DNA of 63,955 nt, filler included, from Reclinomonas americana ATCC 50394 (GCA_048213135.1; 7 parts of 7 records of this genome joined end to end with filler, not necessarily neighbours in it); one strand, 5' to 3'; shown: positions 13,010 through 22,730, numbered from the whole stretch's first letter. The notes: generated by a model not told the origin, from the letters alone. Program-made: numbers and translations.

Positions 13010-13867
13010 GTTTGTGCGATGTGGATACCATCCTCCATCTCCCATTCACCCGCTCCGTCACCCGAGCTCTCAGTTCTGCACTCTCTTCCTCTTATCTCTT
13101 CGTCACTCATTCGCTGTTCTTGTCTCTCCCACTCTCACGTATTCTCTCTCTGAGTAGCCCTTGCAATCTGTTTATGCCCTTTTTCTCTCCTCTCTCCTTG
13201 TCGCTCGTACTGTTCGTGTCTCTTTAGTTCTCTCACACTTTCTCATTTTTCGCTGTTGTGTGTTGTGCTTGTTCCTCGCNNNNNNNNNNNNNNNNNNNNN
13301 NNNNNNNNNNNNNNNNNNNNNNNNNNNNNNNNNNNNNNNNNNNNNNNNNNNNNNNNNNNNNNNNNNNNNNNNNNNNNNNNNNNNNNNNNNNNNNNNNNNN
13401 NNNNNNNNNNNNNNNNNNNNNNNNNNNNNNNNNNNNNNNNNNNNNNNNNNNNNNNNNNNNNNNNNNNNNNNNNNNNNNNNNNNNNNNNNNNNNNNNNNNN
13501 NNNNNNNNNNNNNNNNNNNNNNNNNNNNNNNNNNNNNNNNNNNNNNNNNNNNNNNNNNNNNNNNNNNNNNNNNNNNNNNNNNNNNNNNNNNNNNNNNNNN
13601 NNNNNNNNNNNNNNNNNNNNNNNNNNNNNNNNNNNNNNNNNNNNNNNNNNNNNNNNNNNNNNNNNNNNNNNNNNNNNNNNNNNNNNNNNNNNNNNNNNNN
13701 NNNNNNNNNNNNNNNNNNNNNNNNNNNNNNNNNNNNNNNNNNNNNNNNNNNNNNNNNNNNNNNNNNNNNNNNNNNNNNNNNNNNNNNNNNNNNNNNNNNN
13801 NNNNNNNNNNNNNNNNNNNNNNNNNNNNNNNNNNNNNNNNNNNNNNNNNNNNNNNNNNNNNNNNNNN

Positions 13868-14361
13868 TGTGGGACACCACCTGCTGCTGGTGCGACTTCG
13901 ACCGGAAACCAGCTGGTGTTGGTACTTTAGCTTCATGACCAAGAATTCATACTCTTTCTCCAATAGAGAAGGGAGAAGAAAGGAGCGTACCATACTTTTT
14001 CTTTGATAAAGAAGGAAGAAGAAAGGAGCTGCCATACTCTTTCTCCAATAGAGAAGGAAGAAGAAAGGAGCTACCATACTCTTTCTCCAATAGAGAAGGA
14101 AGAAGAAAGGAGCTGCCGCACCCCTAGCGAAATTATTTTTAGCCCTAGCGAACGCCTAGCGAATTTGTTAGTGAAGTGCCTATAGCCAAATTAGGCAGGT
14201 GAAATCCGGGGGGAAAACCTCCCTCCGCCCAAAAAAAACTTTTACTTTTACCACCGACCCCACAACACTACCCCACCCGGCCCATGACACGACCACAAGA
14301 CCATCACTGTAGAACACACTCATGATCACCACTCACGACCAGCAGCAGGTGGTCTCTCGCA
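13868..14361. mobile_element. 494-bp non-coding fragment with terminal inverted repeats and four 42/43-bp tandem repeats
   Basis: ACCACCTGCTGCTGGT at 13876-13891 and its exact reverse complement at 14338-14353, with imperfect extension to both ends. Tandem units start at 13948, 13991, 14033 and 14075. CCTAGCGAA occurs three times at ~14122-14163. Confidence 0.6.
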
Positions 14362-14461
14362 NNNNNNNNNNNNNNNNNNNNNNNNNNNNNNNNNNNNNNN
14401 NNNNNTTAATTAATTAANNNNNNNNNNNNNNNNNNNNNNNNNNNNNNNNNNNNNNNNNNNN
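14362..14461. other. Artificial contig linker (also at 29968-30067, 37990-38089, 48438-48537, 56495-56594, 62775-62874)
   Basis: Identical 44N-TTAATTAATTAA-44N block, with stops in all six frames, occurs six times. Confidence 0.95.
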
Positions 14462-14466
14462 GTCGC

Positions 14467-15588
14467 ATGAGGAACGAGAGACAAGGTGAGGTGCCAGGCA
14501 TGCATGGCGATTCGCCGTCGGCGCAGATGGTGCTGGAACTCGCCTGGCAGAATACCTACGACTACAACACACGGCTGGCGCATCAGGCGCGGTGGGAGGA
14601 CATGGCAACAGTGGCCTTTTTGAAGGTGGAGATGAACGACGCGATGCAATGCCCCTTTGTGTCGGTGCAGGGGGAGACCCCGTTTGCTGATGTTGGCGTT
14701 CAGCTTCCCGACCTCGCACTGCCTGCAGCAGACTGGCGCCACATGTGGCTGAACAGACCTTCACTCAACCCGTTGTTCCGCTTTGCCGTCGACGGTGTGC
14801 TCGCCTACAACTTTCCCAAGCCGGATGTCGACGTGAACAGCATCTACTTTCCAGTGAACGGCTGCGTGCTGTACATCATGGACCCCGCCGACTTTTCTTG
14901 CCGTCCACACGCATTCTACCAGCCCATCGAGCCTGTTGGACAGTGGTCGTACAAGCACTTGGGCGGCGCCAAGTATCTTCTCGTGCCTGCAAGGGGCTCC
15001 ACCGATGGCCACCAGAACGGCACCATGCATGAAGTCGATGTGCAGCAGTGGAGCTCAAGTTCGAGGCACTTTATCTCGCGTGAGGTGCTCAACGATCTCA
15101 CCTCTTGGGATCCGCAGTTTGGATTCATCAAGGCGGTCACCCGCGACAACGGCCGCTCCCTCGTTCCGCGTGCGCCATTGATGCTGCCTCTCAACCTCTC
15201 GACCTCTTCGCCACCGAGAGATGGAATGCTCTGGGTGTGGCAGCGCGATTCCGGCATGACACTGACCTCGGTCTACATGGATCTCGACAACTATTACCTC
15301 ATTCCCTACAATGGACATGCGATAGCCATCCCCCACCCGCCCAACGAACCCGAAATGTTTCAACACTGCTCACTGTTTATTGCGGATCGTGCATGCTGTG
15401 TCGGTGTGACGCTCTCTCGAATCCCTCGTGGATGGTACCTGGCGGGCGGTGTCCTCTGCCATCGATCGTCGCTGCTCACGAGTGCACAGGCAGCAGAGTG
15501 GCAACGCAACGGAGTGCTTCTCGGGCCAGGGCCTCACTGTGTGGACTCGTTTGGTATGGTCGCCATGACCTCTTCATCCTCCGCTTGA
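14467..15588 (+). CDS. Viral hypothetical protein (373 aa, possibly 5'-truncated)
   Basis: Long intron-less ORF starting at the contig edge; no family recognised. Confidence 0.6.
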   Translation: MRNERQGEVPGMHGDSPSAQMVLELAWQNTYDYNTRLAHQARWEDMATVAFLKVEMNDAMQCPFVSVQGETPFADVGVQLPDLALPAADWRHMWLNRPSLNPLFRFAVDGVLAYNFPKPDVDVNSIYFPVNGCVLYIMDPADFSCRPHAFYQPIEPVGQWSYKHLGGAKYLLVPARGSTDGHQNGTMHEVDVQQWSSSSRHFISREVLNDLTSWDPQFGFIKAVTRDNGRSLVPRAPLMLPLNLSTSSPPRDGMLWVWQRDSGMTLTSVYMDLDNYYLIPYNGHAIAIPHPPNEPEMFQHCSLFIADRACCVGVTLSRIPRGWYLAGGVLCHRSSLLTSAQAAEWQRNGVLLGPGPHCVDSFGMVAMTSSSSA

Positions 15589-15992
15589 TCCTCCTCCAGC
15601 GCATCCTCCTCCGGTTCTTGCTCCTCCCCATCCTCGTCGCTCATGGGCACAAAGGTGAGATGCTCGAGCACTTCGTTGATGCGTTCCATGACCTCATCGA
15701 ATCGCTCATCGATGATCGCTCGGAGTTGCTCAAAGGCGGTGGTGGAGCGCGGTCGGGATGTTGGGATGCGGCAGTTTGCATCAGCATCGGCGGCAGAGAG
15801 GTGGTCAACGTCACGGCGGCGAGCAGAAGTGAAGCGGTGCATGTTGGATGGATGATGGATGATGGATGGAATAAATTTCTTTTCAAACACCACCGTCGAC
15901 CCATTCTTCCACACGCGGAGGTGTTGCATTGTCTGCAGAGGAGATGGTGGGCTCTTGAGGCACCGCCAAGTCATCGGACGCCGCTTGCACAT
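15534..15992 (-). CDS. Viral hypothetical protein with acidic C-terminus
   Basis: Co-oriented in a minus-strand run; DEDGEEQEPEEDALEEDQAEDEE tail. Confidence 0.5.
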   Translation of the reverse strand: MCKRRPMTWRCLKSPPSPLQTMQHLRVWKNGSTVVFEKKFIPSIIHHPSNMHRFTSARRRDVDHLSAADADANCRIPTSRPRSTTAFEQLRAIIDERFDEVMERINEVLEHLTFVPMSDEDGEEQEPEEDALEEDQAEDEEVMATIPNESTQ

Positions 15993-16395
15993 CCATGAGG
16001 CGGCAGAGCGATATCATGGCCGGCACCACATCGTGTTGATCAAACTGAATGGCCATCTGCAGCCGCCGCACCGCCACATCGAGGTCGGCAAAGGCGCGTC
16101 GCACCACCTCGGCCTTTTGTTGGGGTTTGAGGGCCGATTGCAATCCGGTGAGGCAGAGAGAGGCGACACTCATCGTCACATTCACAGTCGGTGAGGTGAT
16201 GCCCAGTGAGGAGAGCGCCGTGAGTGCGGTGGTGGTGCCGAGTAGTAGAATGCGACAGGTGCCATCGCATGCCTTGTAGAACAAAAGTTGGCGTCGCAGT
16301 GAACGGAGACGACTGACGGCCGTCTTGAGCAGTTTCGTGTAGCGACTCATGATATGTTTCGCTGCATTTATTCTGCGGCTGGCATTGACGACCAT
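15883..16395 (-). CDS. Viral two-helix membrane protein, SLATT-like architecture
   Basis: Two hydrophobic segments (ILLLGTTTALTALSSLGI; VTMSVASLCLTGLQSAL) followed by KPQQKAEVVRRAFADLDVAVRRL. Confidence 0.5.
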   Translation of the reverse strand: MVVNASRRINAAKHIMSRYTKLLKTAVSRLRSLRRQLLFYKACDGTCRILLLGTTTALTALSSLGITSPTVNVTMSVASLCLTGLQSALKPQQKAEVVRRAFADLDVAVRRLQMAIQFDQHDVVPAMISLCRLMDVQAASDDLAVPQEPTISSADNATPPRVEEWVDGGV

Positions 16396-16752
16396 CGTTT
16401 CAGAGCGTAGAAGCGATGTCGTAGCAAGTCGCGTTCAGGCTCGGTGAGACAGATGGCGGGATATGTCACGGCGAACTCGGCCATGAGCTGACCGAAGCGC
16501 TCCGGCATCCTCGTTCGAATGATGTGTTTCAACCCAACCACCGGCGTCATCCATGCGCTGGCGAGGATCATCATGCGCGGGTCGAACTGCGACATGCCCT
16601 TGCCCAACAGGAACTCGCGGAGCCACCGGAGCCAGGCGAATGCCACTTCGTCGGTGATCATGCAGCCGACGTCTTCCATTGCGTTGTCGACTTCCATCTT
16701 GGTTGCGGAGCAGCGGAGCAGAGGGAGGATGATGTATACAGCGCCATACATA
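16368..16752 (-). CDS. Viral hypothetical protein
   Basis: ORF fills the space between neighbouring genes; start codon uncertain. Confidence 0.45.
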
Positions 16753-16755
16753 ATC

Positions 16756-17178
16756 TCAGCGCCCTTTTCTCGCCTTGATCTCGTCGGCTCTCGCCTTGAC
16801 ACGAGCGTGCTCAGCTGTGCCGCGCTTCGGGATGGGATTGATGCCACTGGAGCCCTTTTTCAAGAAGCCGAGGTCTCGCAATGCGGCAATCCATGGCGAG
16901 TTCTCCACAGAGCGCTTCTTTCTCGGCTGTCTCTTCTTCCTTGTCGAGTTGTCCATGTCGTCGGCGATGTCGGCTATCGGCGATGGTTCTGTGTCGGTTG
17001 CTGCAGCGCTGGTACTGGGGGCAATGTCGCTGTCGGCGGAGGAGGGGAATATAATAGGCGCGGAAGAAGTTTCTTCGCTCGAGGGGTTCAATGCAGAAGT
17101 TTCTTCGCTCGAGGGGTTCAATGCAGAAGTTTCTTCGCTCGACGGCAACGAGGGGTGCAACACAAAGGGAATGTTCAT
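16756..17178 (-). CDS. Small viral protein with basic C-terminus, candidate DNA-binding core protein
   Basis: Directly downstream of MCP. Contains 30-nt repeats (PSSEETSALN), RKKRQPRKKR and WIAALRDLGFLKKG...IPKRGTAEHARVK. Confidence 0.55.
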   Translation of the reverse strand: MNIPFVLHPSLPSSEETSALNPSSEETSALNPSSEETSSAPIIFPSSADSDIAPSTSAAATDTEPSPIADIADDMDNSTRKKRQPRKKRSVENSPWIAALRDLGFLKKGSSGINPIPKRGTAEHARVKARADEIKARKGR

Positions 17179-17223
17179 TGTCTTGGTGGTTGGGTGATGG
17201 AAGAGAGGAGGATAGAAAAATAA

Positions 17224-18426
17224 CTAGTTCACCATCTTGTTGAATGTGACGCGACCGGGAGTGGAGGGTGTGAACACCATGGCATTCTGCGAGGTCCACT
17301 GGAGGCGAAGAACGCTCGTGGACCCGAGCGACGACGGGAAACTTACCTGCAGCGTCGGCGAGGTGGAGCCGGCCGAGCCAAAGTTGAAGGCCGATGCATC
17401 CTCGCCCTCCTCCTCGTTCTGACTGTTGCGGCCAAACACCGCTCCATACACGGAAATGTCGGAGATGTTGCGGATGCCGGCGTCGGGGAACACGGTCCAG
17501 CGCACATAGTCGCCGTCGATGGGAGCATTGGAGAAGATGTTGTTGCCGTTGCTGGTGAACTGGTACTGGGTGACGGCAAGGCGGGTGGTCGGCTGCACAT
17601 TGAACGGGGTGGTGATGGATGCCTGTGCCACCGTGTCAAAGAGCACGTCCGGCACCAATCCGCGCGCCGAGTTGAGATCGACATTGTAGGAAGCCGAGCC
17701 CGATTGGAGCGTCGTATCCTGCTCATAGAGATCGAGGTAGAGCTGGGCCACTTGCTGACCGCTGCCCACCCGCGCGACAAAGGCCTCATCAGCACGAGGC
17801 TCCGTGGCGGGCGAATCGTAAAAGGTGGCCTGGAGGTACGCCGACGTCACAGTGGCCGCAGCATTGGCCGGTGCGCCTTCGACACAGAGGGAGAGCGGTT
17901 GCAGGGTGACGGTGATGATAATGTCGCTGCTCGTCAACAGGTAAGGGACGGGCGAGGTGTCGAGGAAGGTCGGCAGATGGATCACCCACTTCTTGGCGGC
18001 GGCCGCGAATCCCTGTCGGGCAGAGAGAGTGGCGTTGAGACCTGTGGCGGCCTCCAGGGCGATGAGCTTGGAGATGGAGGCATTCCGCTCGTTCCTCAGC
18101 GAGATGGACTCGCCACCAAACAGCTGCACCTGCTGCGAGCCGACCTGGATCGACACGGACTGGATGAAGCGCGAGACATCGGGCACCCATGCCGGGAGGT
18201 TGGAGCCGGTGTAGGTGATGGCCGAGGTGTTGATGACAAGGTCGAGGCCGGCGAGCCACTGGCCAGAGCGCAACAGAGTGGCCGAGGCAGAGCCACCGAA
18301 CTGCAGAGCCGACTGGAACGGTTGGTTGTAGACTCGGCGCAACAGTCGAGAGGTGTCCAAGCCGCGAGCGGCCTTGGCCTGCTTGACCGTGTTGATGACT
18401 TGCTGGTAACCAGAGCTGGAAGCCAT
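17224..18426 (-). CDS. Double-jelly-roll major capsid protein (400 aa)
   Basis: FGGSASATLLRSGQWLAGLDLVIN...WVPDVSRFIQSVSIQVGSQQVQLFGGESISL...WVIHLPTFL...PVPYLL..DIIITVTLQPL...VTSAYLQATFY follows the NCLDV-type MCP pattern. Beta-rich, Ser/Thr/Ala-rich, and linked to the A32 ATPase. Confidence 0.85.
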   Translation of the reverse strand: MASSSGYQQVINTVKQAKAARGLDTSRLLRRVYNQPFQSALQFGGSASATLLRSGQWLAGLDLVINTSAITYTGSNLPAWVPDVSRFIQSVSIQVGSQQVQLFGGESISLRNERNASISKLIALEAATGLNATLSARQGFAAAAKKWVIHLPTFLDTSPVPYLLTSSDIIITVTLQPLSLCVEGAPANAAATVTSAYLQATFYDSPATEPRADEAFVARVGSGQQVAQLYLDLYEQDTTLQSGSASYNVDLNSARGLVPDVLFDTVAQASITTPFNVQPTTRLAVTQYQFTSNGNNIFSNAPIDGDYVRWTVFPDAGIRNISDISVYGAVFGRNSQNEEEGEDASAFNFGSAGSTSPTLQVSFPSSLGSTSVLRLQWTSQNAMVFTPSTPGRVTFNKMVN

Positions 18427-18473
18427 GAAAGAGATTGAGGTGGGATTGATAGTATCACTGCAACACAAAAAAA

Positions 18474-19754
18474 ATGACCGAACCGATTGAGGTCGCAACC
18501 CTCGTCGTAGGTGGCGCAGCGCTGCTTGTCGGTCTCATGTCTTTTGCTCGTCAGGAGGTCTCACATTGCCATGCGTTGGCAGTCGAGGCCGCCGACGGAG
18601 AGGAGGTGAGAACCGAGGAGATTCTTCAATGCCCCACTCTCGACATGTGGCTGCCCGGTTACTGCATTCCTGTGACGACGACGCGCTCTGAATCAGCCGC
18701 CTCTGAATCAGCCGCCTCTGGGTCCTCCACCGATGTCGCTCTGTACACCACCGATGGCCTGCCTGGACCATTCATCTCGTTGGCGGTGATGCGCAAAGGC
18801 GTCATGTCGGATCTGCGTGCAGCCGGGCGAGAGACGAGGATTCCCGCGGCCACAGAGTACCGCGAGCTGTTGCTCTTCATCGAGGGCCTGCTGCGCCAGA
18901 GTGGAGTCGCACCGCCTGGCGACAATTGGTTGGACAGAGTGGCTCGCCGCCTTTTCCCGCGCTCTCGTTCTGCCGAGCAGCTGGCCGTCTTTGCGGCGCT
19001 GGGACTCGGCTCGGCCTCGGCGCTCTACACGTTTGGGCAGTACCGCTGGATTCTGCCGGCGCTCGGTGCCTCGTACCTGGTGGCGATCTATTCGAGCACA
19101 GTGGAGGACACGTTCATCGAGAGAGTGACGGGCTCATTCACCGACCGTGTGCGCTCTCTGTATGGCGAAGACATCTTCAAGCGCTTGGTGCCTGTGGAGG
19201 TGATGAAGGGCAGCGACAAGAAGATCTACTTTGTCGATCCCTCCAACCTTCCTCTCTTCTTCGATGTGGACACCAACAGTTGGCATTACACACAGATGGT
19301 GTTCTTCACCGAGGATGATGACGAGATCGCCAACCTGGTGCCCATCATCGAGGAGGATGGCGGTGTGTTCCCCGTGTGGAAGGACGGCCAGCAGGTGGTG
19401 ACGATCACGCTGGAGCCCGACGGCGCTGGCGGTCATCACTGGATTCACTCGACATGGAAGGTGAAGGAGAGCGAAGACTGGTCGGAGCTCATCGATCACT
19501 ACTACGCCAAGTGGGTGGACAAGCGCAATGTCGAAAACTCGAGGGCGCTTCTCATTGTGCCCAAGGGCGGCCGGGCGAGGGATGCGGCGCAGGGCTACAA
19601 GACATTCACCGAGCGCGTCAAGGAGTGGTGGACACTGGTGAGTTGGTTCCCCATCACCGAGGTGTTGACTGTCCTCTTTGCATGGAACGCGGCGGCTCAT
19701 GGGCAACTGCCAGCGCTGCCACCCGGTGCGGGAATGCCTCCGATGCTCATCTAG
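18474..19754 (+). CDS. Viral hypothetical membrane protein (426 aa), divergent from MCP
   Basis: ATG follows an A-rich leader; hydrophobic segments at the N-terminus, middle and C-terminus. Confidence 0.7.
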   Translation: MTEPIEVATLVVGGAALLVGLMSFARQEVSHCHALAVEAADGEEVRTEEILQCPTLDMWLPGYCIPVTTTRSESAASESAASGSSTDVALYTTDGLPGPFISLAVMRKGVMSDLRAAGRETRIPAATEYRELLLFIEGLLRQSGVAPPGDNWLDRVARRLFPRSRSAEQLAVFAALGLGSASALYTFGQYRWILPALGASYLVAIYSSTVEDTFIERVTGSFTDRVRSLYGEDIFKRLVPVEVMKGSDKKIYFVDPSNLPLFFDVDTNSWHYTQMVFFTEDDDEIANLVPIIEEDGGVFPVWKDGQQVVTITLEPDGAGGHHWIHSTWKVKESEDWSELIDHYYAKWVDKRNVENSRALLIVPKGGRARDAAQGYKTFTERVKEWWTLVSWFPITEVLTVLFAWNAAAHGQLPALPPGAGMPPMLI

Positions 19755-19787
19755 GCATGCCGAGATGGATTGCTGATGATGTCGAGA

Positions 19788-20249
19788 TCAAGAATCATGG
19801 TAAACCACCAGGAGCATGGCGGCCTCGTCGGCATCATTGACGAACTCCACCGGCGCTCCTTGCGAGTCGGAGAGGGTGAGGTCGATCTCTGTGAGGCTAA
19901 TGTTCTCATAGGGGCGCGACACAATGCCGAGGTTGCCGCTGTCGTAGATGGTTCGCTCCGTCGCGCTGGCACCATACATGGTGAGGAAGGATCGCGGAGG
20001 GCAGCCGGCATAGCCGCCGAGCGCTGACGAGGCAGAGGCACCGGATTCCAGTTGGCCACCAGGGGCTTCGAGGAGGAACAGCACGGGTTCGGGCGACACC
20101 AGCGGTGGAACGGACAGCCAGTAGTTCTCGATGCGTGACACATTGCGGAGTTGTCGGTTGAGCTGCAGGTAGAGTCGTGGTGATCCTTGAAGTGAACGAA
20201 TGAGCACAGCGGTTCTCATGATGATGATGATATATCGAGGGTGGTGCAT
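19788..20249 (-). CDS. Probable penton / minor capsid protein (single jelly roll)
   Basis: About 150 aa, with C-terminal ISLTEIDLTLSDSQGAPVEF matching the hxxhxhxLxDxxGxxhxF penton signature. Confidence 0.7.
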   Translation of the reverse strand: MHHPRYIIIIMRTAVLIRSLQGSPRLYLQLNRQLRNVSRIENYWLSVPPLVSPEPVLFLLEAPGGQLESGASASSALGGYAGCPPRSFLTMYGASATERTIYDSGNLGIVSRPYENISLTEIDLTLSDSQGAPVEFVNDADEAAMLLVVYHDS

Positions 20250-20262
20250 ATTTATTTGTTGA

Positions 20263-20535
20263 TCAACGAAGAAGCATCAGCAATGAGACTGCTCCGACGA
20301 GTACTGCAGCAATGAATGCCACCTCATCCTCTTGCTCATCCTTGTTCTCTTCTGTTGCTGGTTCCGGTGCGTCCTCATCATCTTCCTCCTCTTCCTCGAT
20401 AGGCGACGGCACAGGATCTTCAACCGTGATACGGCGATGCGCTCTCGGTGATGAAGGTGGCGTCGGTGGCGATGGCGGAGGAGGTGGTGATGGCGGTGAT
20501 GCGGGCGATGGCGGTTGGTCGGCCTCTGGATCCAT
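20263..20535 (-). CDS. Small Pro-rich/acidic tail-anchored viral protein
   Basis: Poly-Pro stretch, acidic tract and C-terminal hydrophobic helix VAFIAAVLVGAVSLLMLL. Confidence 0.6.
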   Translation of the reverse strand: MDPEADQPPSPASPPSPPPPPSPPTPPSSPRAHRRITVEDPVPSPIEEEEEDDEDAPEPATEENKDEQEDEVAFIAAVLVGAVSLLMLLR

Positions 20536-20592
20536 GAGTTAGGAGAGAGAGAATGGGATAGAATGCTCACCGGCTAAAAATTATCGAGCGGA

Positions 20593-20817
20593 TCACATGC
20601 TCCCCGAATACCCTGTCGGCGCTGCTTTGAAGGCGGGGAAGGCGACGACATTGGCGGCGAGACCGACGGCAGCAAGCACCGCGGCGCGCTTCCATCCCAG
20701 GCCCATCACCAGACCGGTGGCACCGACAGCAATGCCGATGAGGAGCGATTCCTTGCTGAACACAGCGTCGCTGTAGCTGGTGGGCGACGTTGTCATGGGC
20801 GGAGTGGCGGTCGACAT
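20593..20817 (-). CDS. Small two-TM viral membrane protein
   Basis: LLIGIAVGATGLVMGLGW and AAVLAAVGLAANVVAF; start context AAAACCATG. Confidence 0.65.
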   Translation of the reverse strand: MSTATPPMTTSPTSYSDAVFSKESLLIGIAVGATGLVMGLGWKRAAVLAAVGLAANVVAFPAFKAAPTGYSGSM

Positions 20818-20871
20818 GGTTTTTGTTGGAGAGTGGATGATGAAGGATAAAGTAGGGGGCTGAACAAAAAT

Positions 20872-21621
20872 TTAGAGATCGGTTGGGCACCGGTACTGGT
20901 TGGCGTTGTACTGCATAAAGGCCGAGTGGCTGAGCGCCATGAGCAGTGCCGCCTCGGGTGTCACCACCGATGTGAATGCATGACCCCACTTGGCGTCCAA
21001 CACCTTGACCGTGGCAGCGTGCTGCTCCAGTGTCGCCGACCATGCCGCATCCAGGCCGTGCATCGATGGCACAGCGAGCTGAATGCCTTGCGCGAGGAGA
21101 GTGAGTCCAAGGGCAATCGGCGACACACCAATAGAGTCCAACCCACCCGCAGCACCACCGAGACCAGCGAGTCGACACTCCACCTCCTTCACATAGGCGC
21201 GCAGCTGAGGCAACGGTAGCTCCCAGGCGTGTGTCGGGTCGGGTGGTGGTGAGGCGGTGGGAAACGCGACGCACAGACGCTCCACCTCGGCGACCAATGC
21301 ATACCGCTCCCTCTGCTCCACATCATCGGGCGGCGGCATTGATGCAATCGTTGTCTTTGGCCACAGATACACCGCCGTCGATGATGATGATGATGATGAT
21401 GCCGATGAGGATGATGGAGGGCGCAGATGAGCATTGAGTTCACGCGCCTTGTTCTTGCGCGACTCGGTCTTCTTCCTCGACGCCAACCGTTGCACAGGCG
21501 CATCACCGACAAAGTCATCGAGCAACGAGAATATGGGAGCCTCCTCCTCTGCCGCTCCATCCTGTGTGCTCGGTGCCTGTGGTGGCAGTGGTGGTGGTGG
21601 TGATGGCGCGGTTGAATCCAT
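20872..21621 (-). CDS. Viral hypothetical protein downstream of the ATPase
   Basis: 249-aa ORF with a low-complexity N-terminus and helical C-terminal part. Confidence 0.65.
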   Translation of the reverse strand: MDSTAPSPPPPLPPQAPSTQDGAAEEEAPIFSLLDDFVGDAPVQRLASRKKTESRKNKARELNAHLRPPSSSSASSSSSSSTAVYLWPKTTIASMPPPDDVEQRERYALVAEVERLCVAFPTASPPPDPTHAWELPLPQLRAYVKEVECRLAGLGGAAGGLDSIGVSPIALGLTLLAQGIQLAVPSMHGLDAAWSATLEQHAATVKVLDAKWGHAFTSVVTPEAALLMALSHSAFMQYNANQYRCPTDL

Positions 21622-21658
21622 GATGACAGAGAGATGATGATAGATGACTCATTATTTT

Positions 21659-22387
21659 TCATTTCATCATTCGTCGTCGTCGTTGTGTTGCTGGTGGTGG
21701 AGAGGGGGCTTCGTACAATGCCAACCTTTCAGACACTGTCATCCTCCTGCCTCCACCGCGACGCACGACTAGGCAGCGATATCCATGCACCACCGAGCGG
21801 TAGACGGAGGCAAAGTCGGCCTCCGACATGATGGATGATGCATTCTCCTCATGGATGATGCGCAACGCCGACTGCTGTTGGCCAGGCATGACGAGGAAGA
21901 GGTCCATGTTCATGCGCACCGATGGTGGTGTCAGCTCGGCACGGAGGTATTGAGTGAGGAGAAAGAATCCCACTCGCAGATGCCTGCCCTGGGTGGCGAG
22001 GAGTTTCAGCACCTCCGAGTTGGGCTGGAAGCCAGTGCCGAGACAGTCGTCAAAGATGAGCAAGAGACGCGGCACCCTGTCGATACCCGCACGCTCTGCC
22101 ACCGTCTTTTGGTGCTCGAGCACCTGGTACACTCGGTCTTCACAGGTCTCTGCCTCGAAGCATCGGTCGACCTCCTCCACTCGTTGCCAGTGGCCGTTGA
22201 GCAGTGTGCCGGAGAACACAAAGACCGCATCCCATAGCTTCCGTCGCTTGCGCAGCTTCTTCAGCAGGTGAGTCACGAGTACCGTCTTGCCTGTCCGTCT
22301 CTCACCGAGCACCAGCACCGCCGAGTCGGCTTGGATGTCCTCTGCCGGCGACCACCGCCGTATCGTCTCGTCGCTCTCCTCTTGCAT
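21659..22387 (-). CDS. A32-like (FtsK/HerA family) genome-packaging ATPase
   Basis: Walker A GERRTGKT, Walker B LLLIFDDCL, and A32-specific motifs QGRH and LTQY, then PPSVRMNMD. Confidence 0.93.
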   Translation of the reverse strand: MQEESDETIRRWSPAEDIQADSAVLVLGERRTGKTVLVTHLLKKLRKRRKLWDAVFVFSGTLLNGHWQRVEEVDRCFEAETCEDRVYQVLEHQKTVAERAGIDRVPRLLLIFDDCLGTGFQPNSEVLKLLATQGRHLRVGFFLLTQYLRAELTPPSVRMNMDLFLVMPGQQQSALRIIHEENASSIMSEADFASVYRSVVHGYRCLVVRRGGGRRMTVSERLALYEAPSPPPATQRRRRMMK

Positions 22388-22410
22388 TTACTCCCTCCTC
22401 GAACTCTAGC

Positions 22411-22677
22411 TCACAGAACACTGATACGTCTAGTGCGGCCAAAACCTCCGAGAGAATAGACGGTGAGCATGGGTGGTGCTGGTGGTTGCATCGTTTGGGG
22501 GACTTGGATCGAGGACTCGGCCTGGTTTCGCGAGTCGTCCGGTGTCGCCTTCTTGGTCGGACTCTCCGCGTTGCTGTCGGCTCCGGCATCATCACCCTCC
22601 TTTTTGCGATTCATGTACCACGCGGCGGCCACCACCGCTCCCACCAGCACCACGATGAGCAGGTCGTCGTCTTTCAT
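22411..22677 (-). CDS. Small N-anchored viral membrane protein
   Basis: LLIVVLVGAVVAAAWYM followed by RKK. Confidence 0.65.
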   Translation of the reverse strand: MKDDDLLIVVLVGAVVAAAWYMNRKKEGDDAGADSNAESPTKKATPDDSRNQAESSIQVPQTMQPPAPPMLTVYSLGGFGRTRRISVL

Positions 22678-22730
22678 GGAGATTGCAGAGATGGATGGAT
22701 GCTATATATTCGCAATGAAAACTCCATCGT

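Noticed and set aside
13161..14077. ORFs containing long X runs (also 42449-43346 and 45629-47144)
   Set aside because: Artefacts of N gaps.
13948..14116. 42-bp repeats as a CRISPR array
   Set aside because: The units are directly adjacent with no unique spacers, and there are no cas genes.
14406..14417. Recurring TTAATTAATTAA palindrome as a target site or element end
   Set aside because: Always centred in 44-N flanks; it is an artificial six-frame-stop linker.
22385..22390. TAAATG at the ATPase start as a poxvirus-type late promoter
   Set aside because: Only one clear instance among the viral gene starts; compatible with chance.
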